A stretch of 64,000 nucleotides of DNA from an uncultured Chloroflexia bacterium. Its GTDB lineage: Bacteria; Chloroflexota; Limnocylindria; Limnocylindrales; CSP1-4. Below, piece after piece: positions 42,991 through 50,834 of this stretch. Numbering within the stretch: position 1 is the stretch's first letter; the number at the start of each line of letters is the position of its first letter. The DNA is taken from NCBI GenBank assembly GCA_963766735.1, contig CAVYBU010000003.1, positions 1 to 64,000 on the forward strand. Direction: 5' to 3'. The translations under genes and the position numbers were made by a program. Under the pieces are notes generated by a model. That model saw only the letters and a program-made list of their open reading frames with translations. It searched no databases and had not been told where the DNA came from.

Positions 42991-44225
42991 CGGATCCCCC
43001 GGACCGCCCGTCGCCGGCGCTTGCCCAGCCCGGATATCGGCGCGAGGCACTGCCGGACCCGGAGGCCGTGGGCGAGGACGAGGTGCTGGTGGCGGCGATA
43101 CGGGCCGAGATCGAGACCGGCGGACCGATCACGTTCGCGCGGTTCATGGAGCGGGCGCTGTACGAGCCGGGACGCGGCTACTACCGTCGGCCCGAGCCGG
43201 GGCCGGGGCGCACGGGCGACTTCCTGACGGCCCCCGAGACACATCCGATCTTCGGCGCGGCGGTCGGCCTGCTGCTCGAGCAGGCCTGGGACGCGATGGG
43301 GCGGCCCCGCCCGTTCGTGGTCACGGAACCGGGCGCAGGGAGCGGCGCGCTGGCGGCCGGGCTGCTGGGCGGTCTGCGTGACCTTCGCTCGCCAATGCTG
43401 GACGCCATCCGGTACCGCCCGGTCGAGGTCGAGGCGGCGCGGGTTGCGGTGTTCCAGGAACGCCTCACCTCCGAGGGCTTCGCCGGGCAGCTGGAGACGG
43501 GCAGTCCCCCAGCGACCCCGCTCGAGTCGGGTGCCGTAGTGGCCAACGAGGTGGTCGACGCGCTTCCGGTGCACCGTGTGGTCGGTCGAGCCGTCGGGAT
43601 CCGGGAGCTGCTGGTCGGCGTTGGAGGGGACGGCGGGTTCGAGACGGTCGAAGCCGAGCCAACGACGCGGGCGCTGGCCGAGCGCCTGGCGACCGAGGGC
43701 GTGACGCTCGCAGACGGGCAGGTTACCGAGGTCTGCCTCGCCACGGACGGGTGGCTGGCGGGCGCGGTCCGTCACCTGGCCAGGGGCATCGTCGTTCTGA
43801 TCGACTACGCCGCTGAACCCGCCACACTCCATGGACCCGACCACCGCACCGGCACCCTGCGGGCCTTCGCGCGGCACGCGGTGGGCGGCGACCCGTTCCG
43901 GCACGTCGGGCGCCAGGACCTGACGGCGACCGTGGACCTCGCCGCCGTCCGGACGGCGGCGGACCGGGCCGGGCTGGACGCCCTGGGCGAGACGACCCAG
44001 GCCGAGTTGCTCGCGGCGGTCGGCAGCGCGGAGCTGACCGGGGCCTGGCTCAGACGGCCGGGCGCGGACCTCCAGGACGTGCTGCTGCTCCGATCCGCGC
44101 TCATGCGGCTCATGGACACGCGTGGCATGGGTGGCTTCCGGGTGCTCGCCTTCGGCCGCGGCCTCCGTCCGGGGACAATGCTGCCCGGGCTGGCGCGGGC
44201 GCTTCGCCCTGGCTCAGGCCGCTGA
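42987..44225 (+). CDS. MidA/NDUFAF7-family SAM-dependent methyltransferase
   Basis: GPITFARFMERALY, GDFLTAPE..FG, EPGAGSG, ANEVVDALPV, IDY, QDLTA.VD. Confidence 0.92.
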   Translation: MTDPPDRPSPALAQPGYRREALPDPEAVGEDEVLVAAIRAEIETGGPITFARFMERALYEPGRGYYRRPEPGPGRTGDFLTAPETHPIFGAAVGLLLEQAWDAMGRPRPFVVTEPGAGSGALAAGLLGGLRDLRSPMLDAIRYRPVEVEAARVAVFQERLTSEGFAGQLETGSPPATPLESGAVVANEVVDALPVHRVVGRAVGIRELLVGVGGDGGFETVEAEPTTRALAERLATEGVTLADGQVTEVCLATDGWLAGAVRHLARGIVVLIDYAAEPATLHGPDHRTGTLRAFARHAVGGDPFRHVGRQDLTATVDLAAVRTAADRAGLDALGETTQAELLAAVGSAELTGAWLRRPGADLQDVLLLRSALMRLMDTRGMGGFRVLAFGRGLRPGTMLPGLARALRPGSGR

Positions 44226-44396
44226 TGCCGTCCGTGCCGGATCGGCCGGGAACTCCCGGGACCAGCCGGGGACCGCACCGGATGCGTACATCGCACGGCC
44301 GAAGCACGCCGCCAACACCGCGCGAAGGGCCGGATGGACGGCGATCCACGCCATGCGGACCGGGCCGTCCGGACCGGGTCCCGGGGTCGGGGCCGC

Positions 44397-44405
44397 TGCT
44401 AGAAT
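44397..44405 (+). promoter_or_regulatory. Extended -10 promoter element of the nuo operon
   Basis: TGcTAGAAT about 105 nt upstream of nuoA. Confidence 0.5.
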
Positions 44406-44511
44406 GGCCTCGCTGCGCTGGAAGATTCGGCGGCGCGGCATGCCCACTGCCATCAAGCGCGAACGCGGGTCGGCCGTCCCCGTACCGGCCCCGCTCGACC
44501 TCGAGGACCAC

Positions 44512-44868
44512 GTGACCGGGATCTGGTACGTCGTCGGGTTTGCCCTCGTCGGAGTCCTGTTCGTGTTCGGCGTGATCGGGCTCGCATGGCTGATCACCCA
44601 TCGCACCCGCGGCGACGTCCACAAGGGCTACCCGTACGAGTCGGGCATCGACACCTACGGCGACACCCACGCCCGGTTCGGCATCTCGTTCTACATCTAC
44701 GCCCTGATGTTCGTCGCCTTCGACATCGAGGTGATCTTCATCTTCCTGTGGGCCCTGGTGTTCCAGGATCTCCTGCTGGGCGGGTTCATCACCATGTTGA
44801 TCTTCGTCGGCATCCTGATGCTCGGCCTCGCGTACGCGTGGCGCAAGGGGGTGTTGTCGTGGCGCTGA
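44512..44868 (+). CDS. nuoA: Complex I subunit A
   Basis: [27 protein letters not shown]. Confidence 0.95.
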   Translation: MTGIWYVVGFALVGVLFVFGVIGLAWLITHRTRGDVHKGYPYESGIDTYGDTHARFGISFYIYALMFVAFDIEVIFIFLWALVFQDLLLGGFITMLIFVGILMLGLAYAWRKGVLSWR

Positions 44869-45608
44869 CCCCGGATGGTCCCGGCGAGCCCGTCATCCCC
44901 GACGCCGCCGCGGCGGACGTGCCCTCCGCCGCGGATGCCAGGTCGGCGCTCGTCGAAGCCTCACCCAGGGACCTGACCCAGCCCATCGTCGTCCCAAACA
45001 CCCTCTGGACCTCGATCCGGTCGGACGCGTACCGCTCCGAGGCGCCGGCATTCACGCACCTGCGCGAGCTTGAGGGGTCGGACCTCGTTCTCTCCGACAC
45101 CGCCCGCTGGGGCCAGCTGGAGGTGATCCCCACCAAGGCCGACCTCGTCGTGGACCTGATCCGGATGAACAGTCTCTGGCCGCTGCTCTCGGGCCTCGCC
45201 TGCTGCGCGATCGAGATGATGTCCGCGGCCACGTCCAAGAACGACATGGACCGCTGGGGCATGTTCCCGTTCCGTGCCTCTCCGCGCCAGGCCGACGTCC
45301 TGATCGTCGCCGGCACCCTGACCACCAAGATGGCCGGCCCGCTCATCCGGCTCTGGGAGCAGATGCCGGAGCCCAAGTGGTGCGTCGCGATGGGCGACTG
45401 CACCTGCTCCGGGGGCCGCTACAAGCGCAGCTACTCCACCATCGAGGGCATCGACCGTGTCATGCCCGTGGACGTCTACGTGCCGGGCTGTCCGCCGCGG
45501 CCGGAAGGCCTGATCTACGGGATGATGAAGCTCGGCCAGCTGGTCAAGGAACAGCGCGGCCACTGGCCCGAGCGCAAGATCGGCCCGAACGTGCCGACGG
45601 ACGTCTAG
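44859..45608 (+). CDS. nuoB: Complex I subunit B
   Basis: [41 protein letters not shown]. Confidence 0.96.
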   Translation: MALTPDGPGEPVIPDAAAADVPSAADARSALVEASPRDLTQPIVVPNTLWTSIRSDAYRSEAPAFTHLRELEGSDLVLSDTARWGQLEVIPTKADLVVDLIRMNSLWPLLSGLACCAIEMMSAATSKNDMDRWGMFPFRASPRQADVLIVAGTLTTKMAGPLIRLWEQMPEPKWCVAMGDCTCSGGRYKRSYSTIEGIDRVMPVDVYVPGCPPRPEGLIYGMMKLGQLVKEQRGHWPERKIGPNVPTDV

Positions 45609-45611
45609 GCG

Positions 45612-46160
45612 ATGGACCGCTCGCTCCGCATCCTGCTCGAGGCCCGCTTTGCGGACAGGCTGACCGGTCCCGTCCGACAGCGCCACGACACCACCGAGAT
45701 CCGGATCCGCCCGGCGGACGTGATCGAGGTACTGCGCACGCTCCACGATGACCCGGATCTGGAGTTCGTCGTCCTCGCGGACCTGTGCGGCGTGGACACC
45801 GGGACGCACATGCAGGTCGTGTACCACCTGTGGTCGATGAAGACGCCGGACTGGCTCCGCATCGTGGCGGACGGCATGCCCCGGGATGACCCGCGCTGTC
45901 CCTCGCTCACCGGCCTGTGGCCCGGCGCCGAGTGGATGGAACGCGAGACGTACGACATGTTCGGGATCATCTTCGAAGGCAACCGGGACCTCCGGCGCAT
46001 CTACATGCCGCCCGACTACACGAGCTTCCCGCTGCGGAAGGACTTCTACCTGGCCGATGACGCCGCCCGCTCCCCGGGTGGCGGCGTGCGCCACATGGAA
46101 CAGACCCAGGCGCCGAACCAGGCGACGCCGGGCGTGCTCCGCCGGACCATGAAGGCCTGA
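45612..46160 (+). CDS. nuoC: Complex I subunit C
   Basis: DLCGVD, W.ERETYDMFGI.F, PLRKDF. Confidence 0.94.
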   Translation: MDRSLRILLEARFADRLTGPVRQRHDTTEIRIRPADVIEVLRTLHDDPDLEFVVLADLCGVDTGTHMQVVYHLWSMKTPDWLRIVADGMPRDDPRCPSLTGLWPGAEWMERETYDMFGIIFEGNRDLRRIYMPPDYTSFPLRKDFYLADDAARSPGGGVRHMEQTQAPNQATPGVLRRTMKA

Positions 46161-46162
46161 CG

Positions 46163-47398
46163 ATGACAACCGCCAAGCCCCACCAGCACCCCTCCCTCGA
46201 TGATCCCCGGATCCTGCTCGACGACCAGATCGGGCAGTTCGAGGCCGTCCCGCCGTACCCGCCGCGCACCGAGCGCGAGGCCGAGTTCTACACCCTCCGC
46301 GACGGCGAGATGTTCGTCAACATGGGGCCGCAGCACCCGTCCACGCACGGCGTGCTCCGCGTCGTGCTCAAGATCAACGGCGAGCGCGTCGTGGACCTGG
46401 ACCCGGTCCTCGGCTACCTCCACCGCGGGGTGGAGAAGCTGTGCGAGAACTCGGACTACCACCACATCATCAGCCAGGTCGATCCGCTGGAGTACGTGAG
46501 CTCGCTGTTCATGGAGTGGTCGCCGGTAATGGCGTTCGAGAAGCTCCTTGACGTCGAGGTCCCGCGCCGCGCCGAGTACATCCGCGTGCTCACCGGGGAG
46601 CTCCTCCGCGTGTCGAGCCACGCGCTGTTCCAGGGCTGGATGGCGCTGGACCTGGGCGGTCTCGCCCCGATCCTGTACAGCTTCATCGAGCGCGACGAGA
46701 TCGTGGAGATGCTGGCTGCGGTCACTGGCCAGCGGATGCTGTTCAACTACTTCCGGATCGGCGGCGTCAACGGGGACCTGAACCACGAGTTCATGTCCCG
46801 CCTCGGCGACTGGATGAGCCGCGCCACCAAGCAGGTCGAGGCGAACATCGGCCTGCTCAACGAGAACGAGATCTTCGTCCGCCGCATGCGCGGCATCGGC
46901 GTCCTGGACGGGGCAACTGCCCTCCGGATGGGCGCCAGCGGCCCCAACCTGCGGGCTTCGGGCGTCGCGTTCGACGTCCGCCGGGCGCACCCGTACTCCA
47001 TCTATCCGGAGCTCGAGTTCGACATCCCGACCCGGGGCGTCGAGCGAGGCGGGGACAGCCTGGACCGCTACCTGCTGCGCCAGGACGAGATCCGTCAGAG
47101 CCTGCGGATCATCGACCAGTGCCTGCACAACATGCCGGACGGTCCGGTCATGGCCCGTCTCCCGCGCCTGCTGCGCCCGCGCCCGGGTCGCGCCTGGGCG
47201 GCGGTCGAGGCTCCGCGCGGGCTGTACGGCACATACGCCATCTCGGATGGCACGGACCAGCCCTTCCGCATGAAGATCCACGACCCGTCATTCGTGCATC
47301 TGCAGCTCGTGGGGCTGCTCATGAAGGACAACCTGATCGCGGACACGATGGCCGTGATGGCGTCCCTGGATCCGGTCATGGGCGGGATCGACAAGTGA
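46163..47398 (+). CDS. nuoD: Complex I subunit D
   Basis: NMGPQHPSTHGVLR, GYLHRGVEK, RIGGV, EAPRG, SLDPVMG; no NiFe CxxC motifs. Confidence 0.95.
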   Translation: MTTAKPHQHPSLDDPRILLDDQIGQFEAVPPYPPRTEREAEFYTLRDGEMFVNMGPQHPSTHGVLRVVLKINGERVVDLDPVLGYLHRGVEKLCENSDYHHIISQVDPLEYVSSLFMEWSPVMAFEKLLDVEVPRRAEYIRVLTGELLRVSSHALFQGWMALDLGGLAPILYSFIERDEIVEMLAAVTGQRMLFNYFRIGGVNGDLNHEFMSRLGDWMSRATKQVEANIGLLNENEIFVRRMRGIGVLDGATALRMGASGPNLRASGVAFDVRRAHPYSIYPELEFDIPTRGVERGGDSLDRYLLRQDEIRQSLRIIDQCLHNMPDGPVMARLPRLLRPRPGRAWAAVEAPRGLYGTYAISDGTDQPFRMKIHDPSFVHLQLVGLLMKDNLIADTMAVMASLDPVMGGIDK

Positions 47399-47462
47399 CG
47401 CCCACCAAACGACGACCGATCCCCGCGCCCGAGCGCGATCGGCGCCGGCTGAGGTTCGTGCG

Positions 47463-48803
47463 ATGACAACGCCCAACCGCACCTGGGGCCACCTCACCCC
47501 CGCCGGGAAGGTGCTGATCCCCCTGCTGTTCCTGCTCCTGGTTGTGGCGCCGGTCCTGACGATCCTGCTGGTCACCATCGTCGTCCCGTGGCTGATCGAC
47601 GTGCTCAACTCGAATCTGGGCATCGTCCGGTTCGTGGTCGCGATCGGCGGGGTCCTGCTGTTCAGCATCCCGGCCGCATTCATCATCATCTACATGGAGC
47701 TGAAGGTCATCGCCTTCATGAACCTCCGGGTCGGGCCCAACCGCATCGGTCCGGGCGGGGCGCTCATGTCGGTGGTCCACGGCCTCAAGGTCCTCACCAA
47801 GGAGGACTTCACTCCCACCGGCGCGGACCGGATCGTGTTCACCTGGGCTCCGGTGATCGTGTTCCTCACCGCGGTGATGACCTTCCTCGTCATCCCGTTC
47901 GGGCCCGGCCTGGTGGGCCAGGACCTCAACATCGGCCTCCTGTACCTGTTCGCTGTCGGCGGCATGTCGGTGATCGGGCTGATGCTCGCCGGCTGGGCCA
48001 GCTTCAACAAGTACTCGCTGCTGGGCGGCCTCCGGGCCGCGGCCCAGATGGTCAGCTACGAGATCCCGCTCACGCTCTCCGTGGTCGGCCTGATCCTGCT
48101 GGCCGGGACCATGAGCCTGAACCAGATCGCGGAGGCCCAGGCCGGCTGGTTCACGGACTGGTACGTCTTCCGCCAGCCGCTGGGTGCCCTCATCTTCTTC
48201 ATCGCCGCCACCGCCGAGGCCAACCGGACGCCGTTCGACATGGCCGAGGCGGACAGCGAGATCGTGGCGGGGTTCGCCACCGAGTATTCGGGGATGCGCT
48301 TCGGCTTCCTGTTCTTCGCCGAGTACGTGAACGTGTTCATCATCTCGGCGCTGATGGTCACGCTGTTCTTCGGCAGCTGGAACGCCCCGTTCCCGTTCCC
48401 GGAGATCACGCTGGCGCTGGACCCGGGCTCGCTGGGCATCGGCCTGCCGATCCTGCTGCTGGCGGTGCCGGTCGTGCTCACCCTGGTGTTTGCCGCGCCG
48501 TTCTACCTCGCCCGGAGCTCCAGGCCGGCCTGGCAGGCCCTGCTCCTCGGCTTCGTGGCGTTCAACCTGGTCGGCTTCGCCGCCCTGGGCCTGCTGGCCT
48601 ACATCGGCTGGCCGTGGCTGGCCGGTCTCGTCTGGTTCATGCTCAAGTCGTTCGGCTTCGTCTACGTGTTCGTGTGGATGCGCGGCACCTTCCCCCGCGT
48701 GCGCATCGACCAGCTGATGGGGTTCGCCTGGAAGTGGCTCCTGCCCGCCGCCCTCCTGAACCTCTTCGTCACGGCCGCAGCCATCATCATCGTGAAGTCG
48801 TGA
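47463..48803 (+). CDS. nuoH: Complex I subunit H
   Basis: R.GPNR, KED, GWASFNKYSLLGGLR, SYE, NRTPFD.AEA, EYSG, PRVRIDQ. Confidence 0.95.
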   Translation: MTTPNRTWGHLTPAGKVLIPLLFLLLVVAPVLTILLVTIVVPWLIDVLNSNLGIVRFVVAIGGVLLFSIPAAFIIIYMELKVIAFMNLRVGPNRIGPGGALMSVVHGLKVLTKEDFTPTGADRIVFTWAPVIVFLTAVMTFLVIPFGPGLVGQDLNIGLLYLFAVGGMSVIGLMLAGWASFNKYSLLGGLRAAAQMVSYEIPLTLSVVGLILLAGTMSLNQIAEAQAGWFTDWYVFRQPLGALIFFIAATAEANRTPFDMAEADSEIVAGFATEYSGMRFGFLFFAEYVNVFIISALMVTLFFGSWNAPFPFPEITLALDPGSLGIGLPILLLAVPVVLTLVFAAPFYLARSSRPAWQALLLGFVAFNLVGFAALGLLAYIGWPWLAGLVWFMLKSFGFVYVFVWMRGTFPRVRIDQLMGFAWKWLLPAALLNLFVTAAAIIIVKS

Positions 48804-48810
48804 GCACCCC

Positions 48811-49476
48811 ATGAGCTTCATCCCCGGCATCGGCCTCGTCCGCGGCATGGGCCTGACCCTGCGCCGGTTCTTCCAGCCCAAGGCAACCATCCAGTGGCCG
48901 GAACAGAAGGCCGACGTCGCTCCCAAGTTCCGCGGTCGTCTCCAGCTGCTGTACGACGAGTACGGCTCGCTCAAGTGCGAGACGTGCTTCCAGTGCGCCC
49001 AGGCCTGCCCGATCGAGTGCATCGACATGGGTGGCATGGACACCAAGGGCCGCTTCCACGTCCACTGGGGCCCGTCCGAGACGTACTCCGAGCGGCGAGA
49101 GGAGTCCGCACTCCGCCGGTCCGGCCGCCCGGTGGCAGACCCGGCGTTCGCCAGCTTCGAGGCCCTGGACGTCGCCGCCGTGGACGAGATCCTCGAGGCC
49201 CACGACTACGACCCCGGAGACCTGCTGGCGATCCTCGAGGAGACGCAGGCGGCCTACGGGTATCTCCCTGTCGCGGCGCTCAAGCACATCTCGCGGATCA
49301 CCGGGGCGTGGTACGCCACGATCTACGGCGCCGCCACCTCGTACCGCCACCTCCGGTTCGAGCCGCCTGCGGTCGCTTCGGCCGCGCCGGCGGGCGAGGG
49401 CCAGCGGGTGCAGGAGGCCGGCTACCGCTCCGCGCTGGACGCGGCGCTGGGCTACGGCGGGGAGCGCCCGAACTGA
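48811..49476 (+). CDS. nuoI: Fusion of NuoI N-half (one CxxCxxCxxxCP) and the NuoE N-terminal helical domain
   Basis: GMGLTLRRFF..ATIQWPE..FRG..KCETCFQCAQACP, then LLAILEETQAAYGYLP..IYGAATSY; no second ferredoxin motif and no 2Fe-2S Cys. Confidence 0.9.
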   Translation: MSFIPGIGLVRGMGLTLRRFFQPKATIQWPEQKADVAPKFRGRLQLLYDEYGSLKCETCFQCAQACPIECIDMGGMDTKGRFHVHWGPSETYSERREESALRRSGRPVADPAFASFEALDVAAVDEILEAHDYDPGDLLAILEETQAAYGYLPVAALKHISRITGAWYATIYGAATSYRHLRFEPPAVASAAPAGEGQRVQEAGYRSALDAALGYGGERPN

Positions 49477-50834
49477 TGAGCACCTTCCTCACGGTCCCCA
49501 AGGATTGGCCGCTCGTCATCACCGGACGCGCAGGGGCCATCGCAGCGGATCCCGCGGACCTGGACGCGGCCGTCGCCGCGGGCGCGTTCGAGGCGCTCCG
49601 CGTGGTCGTCCGTGACCTGGGCGCTACCGGCACCATCGCCACGATCGCCGCCTCGGGCCTGCGCGGACGCGGCGGCGCGGGCCTCCCCACCGGTGAGAAG
49701 TGGCGCGCCGCAGCCGCGCACGAGGCGGACCAGCGCTACGTGGTCGCCAACGCCTACGACGCGGACCCGGGTGTCCAGATCGGAAGCGCGCTGCTGGCGG
49801 CAGACCCCTGGGTCGTCATCGAGGGCCTCGTGATCGCCGCGTTCACCGCCGGTGCCACGGAGGCGATCCTCGCCCTCCGGGCGGATGACACGGCCCTGGT
49901 CACGATGCTCGAGGGCGCCGTCCTCGCGGCGGGGGAGGCCGGGTTCCTCGGCGACGACGTCATGGGCTCCGGCCACCGCGTCACCGTCACGGTCAGGCCG
50001 GTGCAGGGCGCCTACATGCTGGGCGAGGAGACCGTCCTGCTCAGGGCTCTCGAGGGCAAGCGAGGCCAGCCCGAGCAGCAGCCGCCGTATCCCACCGAAC
50101 GCGGCCTGTGGGACAAGCCCACCGTCGTCAACAACGTCCAGACCCTGGCCGCCGTGCCCTGGATCATCCGCGAGGGCGCGGACCGCTTCGCCGCGATCGG
50201 CGGCGGGAACGGCCAGACAGGCGGGACATCCACCGGAACCGCCCTGGTCCAGCTCCGCGGTCCCGAGGGTGCGGGCATCGCCGAGGTGCCCCTGGGCACG
50301 TCTCTGCGGACCCTGGTGGATCTCGCGGGCGGCAGCGGCACACGACCGCTCAAGGCGCTCCTGGTCGGCGGGCCCACCGGAGGCATCCTGCCCGCGGACC
50401 TCCTGGACACCCCGTACGACTTCGACCCGCTCCGCGATGCCGGCGCCCACATCGGATCCGGTTCCGTGGTGATCGCGGACGAGCGGGCGTGCGTCGTGGA
50501 TCTCGCCCGGCTCCTCACCCGCTTCGCCGCCGACCAGGCGTGCGGCAAGACGATCCCCTGCCGGATCGGCCTGCGCCGTCTCTCGGAGATCGGCGACCGC
50601 ATCGCCGAGGGCCATCCCCGGCCGACGGATCCGGCGCTCATCGGGGACCTCGCCCACGACATCGCGGCGAGCGCCCTGTGCGACCACGAGCGCCTTGCCG
50701 TCCTGCCGCTCACCAGCGTGATGCGATACTTCCGTCCCGAGATCGACGACCACCTCCTCCGCTCCACCTGTCCCGCCGGCGTCTGCGCGCCGATTGCGGT
50801 GGCGGCGGGCGCAGCGACACCAGGACCCCGCTGA
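49476..50834 (+). CDS. nuoF: NuoF/HydB-like flavoprotein subunit, degenerate
   Basis: SGLRGRGGAG, GEET, PTVVNNV, GGPTGG, CGKTIPCR, CPAGVC. Confidence 0.88.
   Translation: MSTFLTVPKDWPLVITGRAGAIAADPADLDAAVAAGAFEALRVVVRDLGATGTIATIAASGLRGRGGAGLPTGEKWRAAAAHEADQRYVVANAYDADPGVQIGSALLAADPWVVIEGLVIAAFTAGATEAILALRADDTALVTMLEGAVLAAGEAGFLGDDVMGSGHRVTVTVRPVQGAYMLGEETVLLRALEGKRGQPEQQPPYPTERGLWDKPTVVNNVQTLAAVPWIIREGADRFAAIGGGNGQTGGTSTGTALVQLRGPEGAGIAEVPLGTSLRTLVDLAGGSGTRPLKALLVGGPTGGILPADLLDTPYDFDPLRDAGAHIGSGSVVIADERACVVDLARLLTRFAADQACGKTIPCRIGLRRLSEIGDRIAEGHPRPTDPALIGDLAHDIAASALCDHERLAVLPLTSVMRYFRPEIDDHLLRSTCPAGVCAPIAVAAGAATPGPR

Noticed and set aside
44859-47398. Group 4 [NiFe]-hydrogenase interpretation of the nuo cluster
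   Set aside because: NuoD has no CxxC Ni ligands, and NuoB has the tandem CC of complex I.
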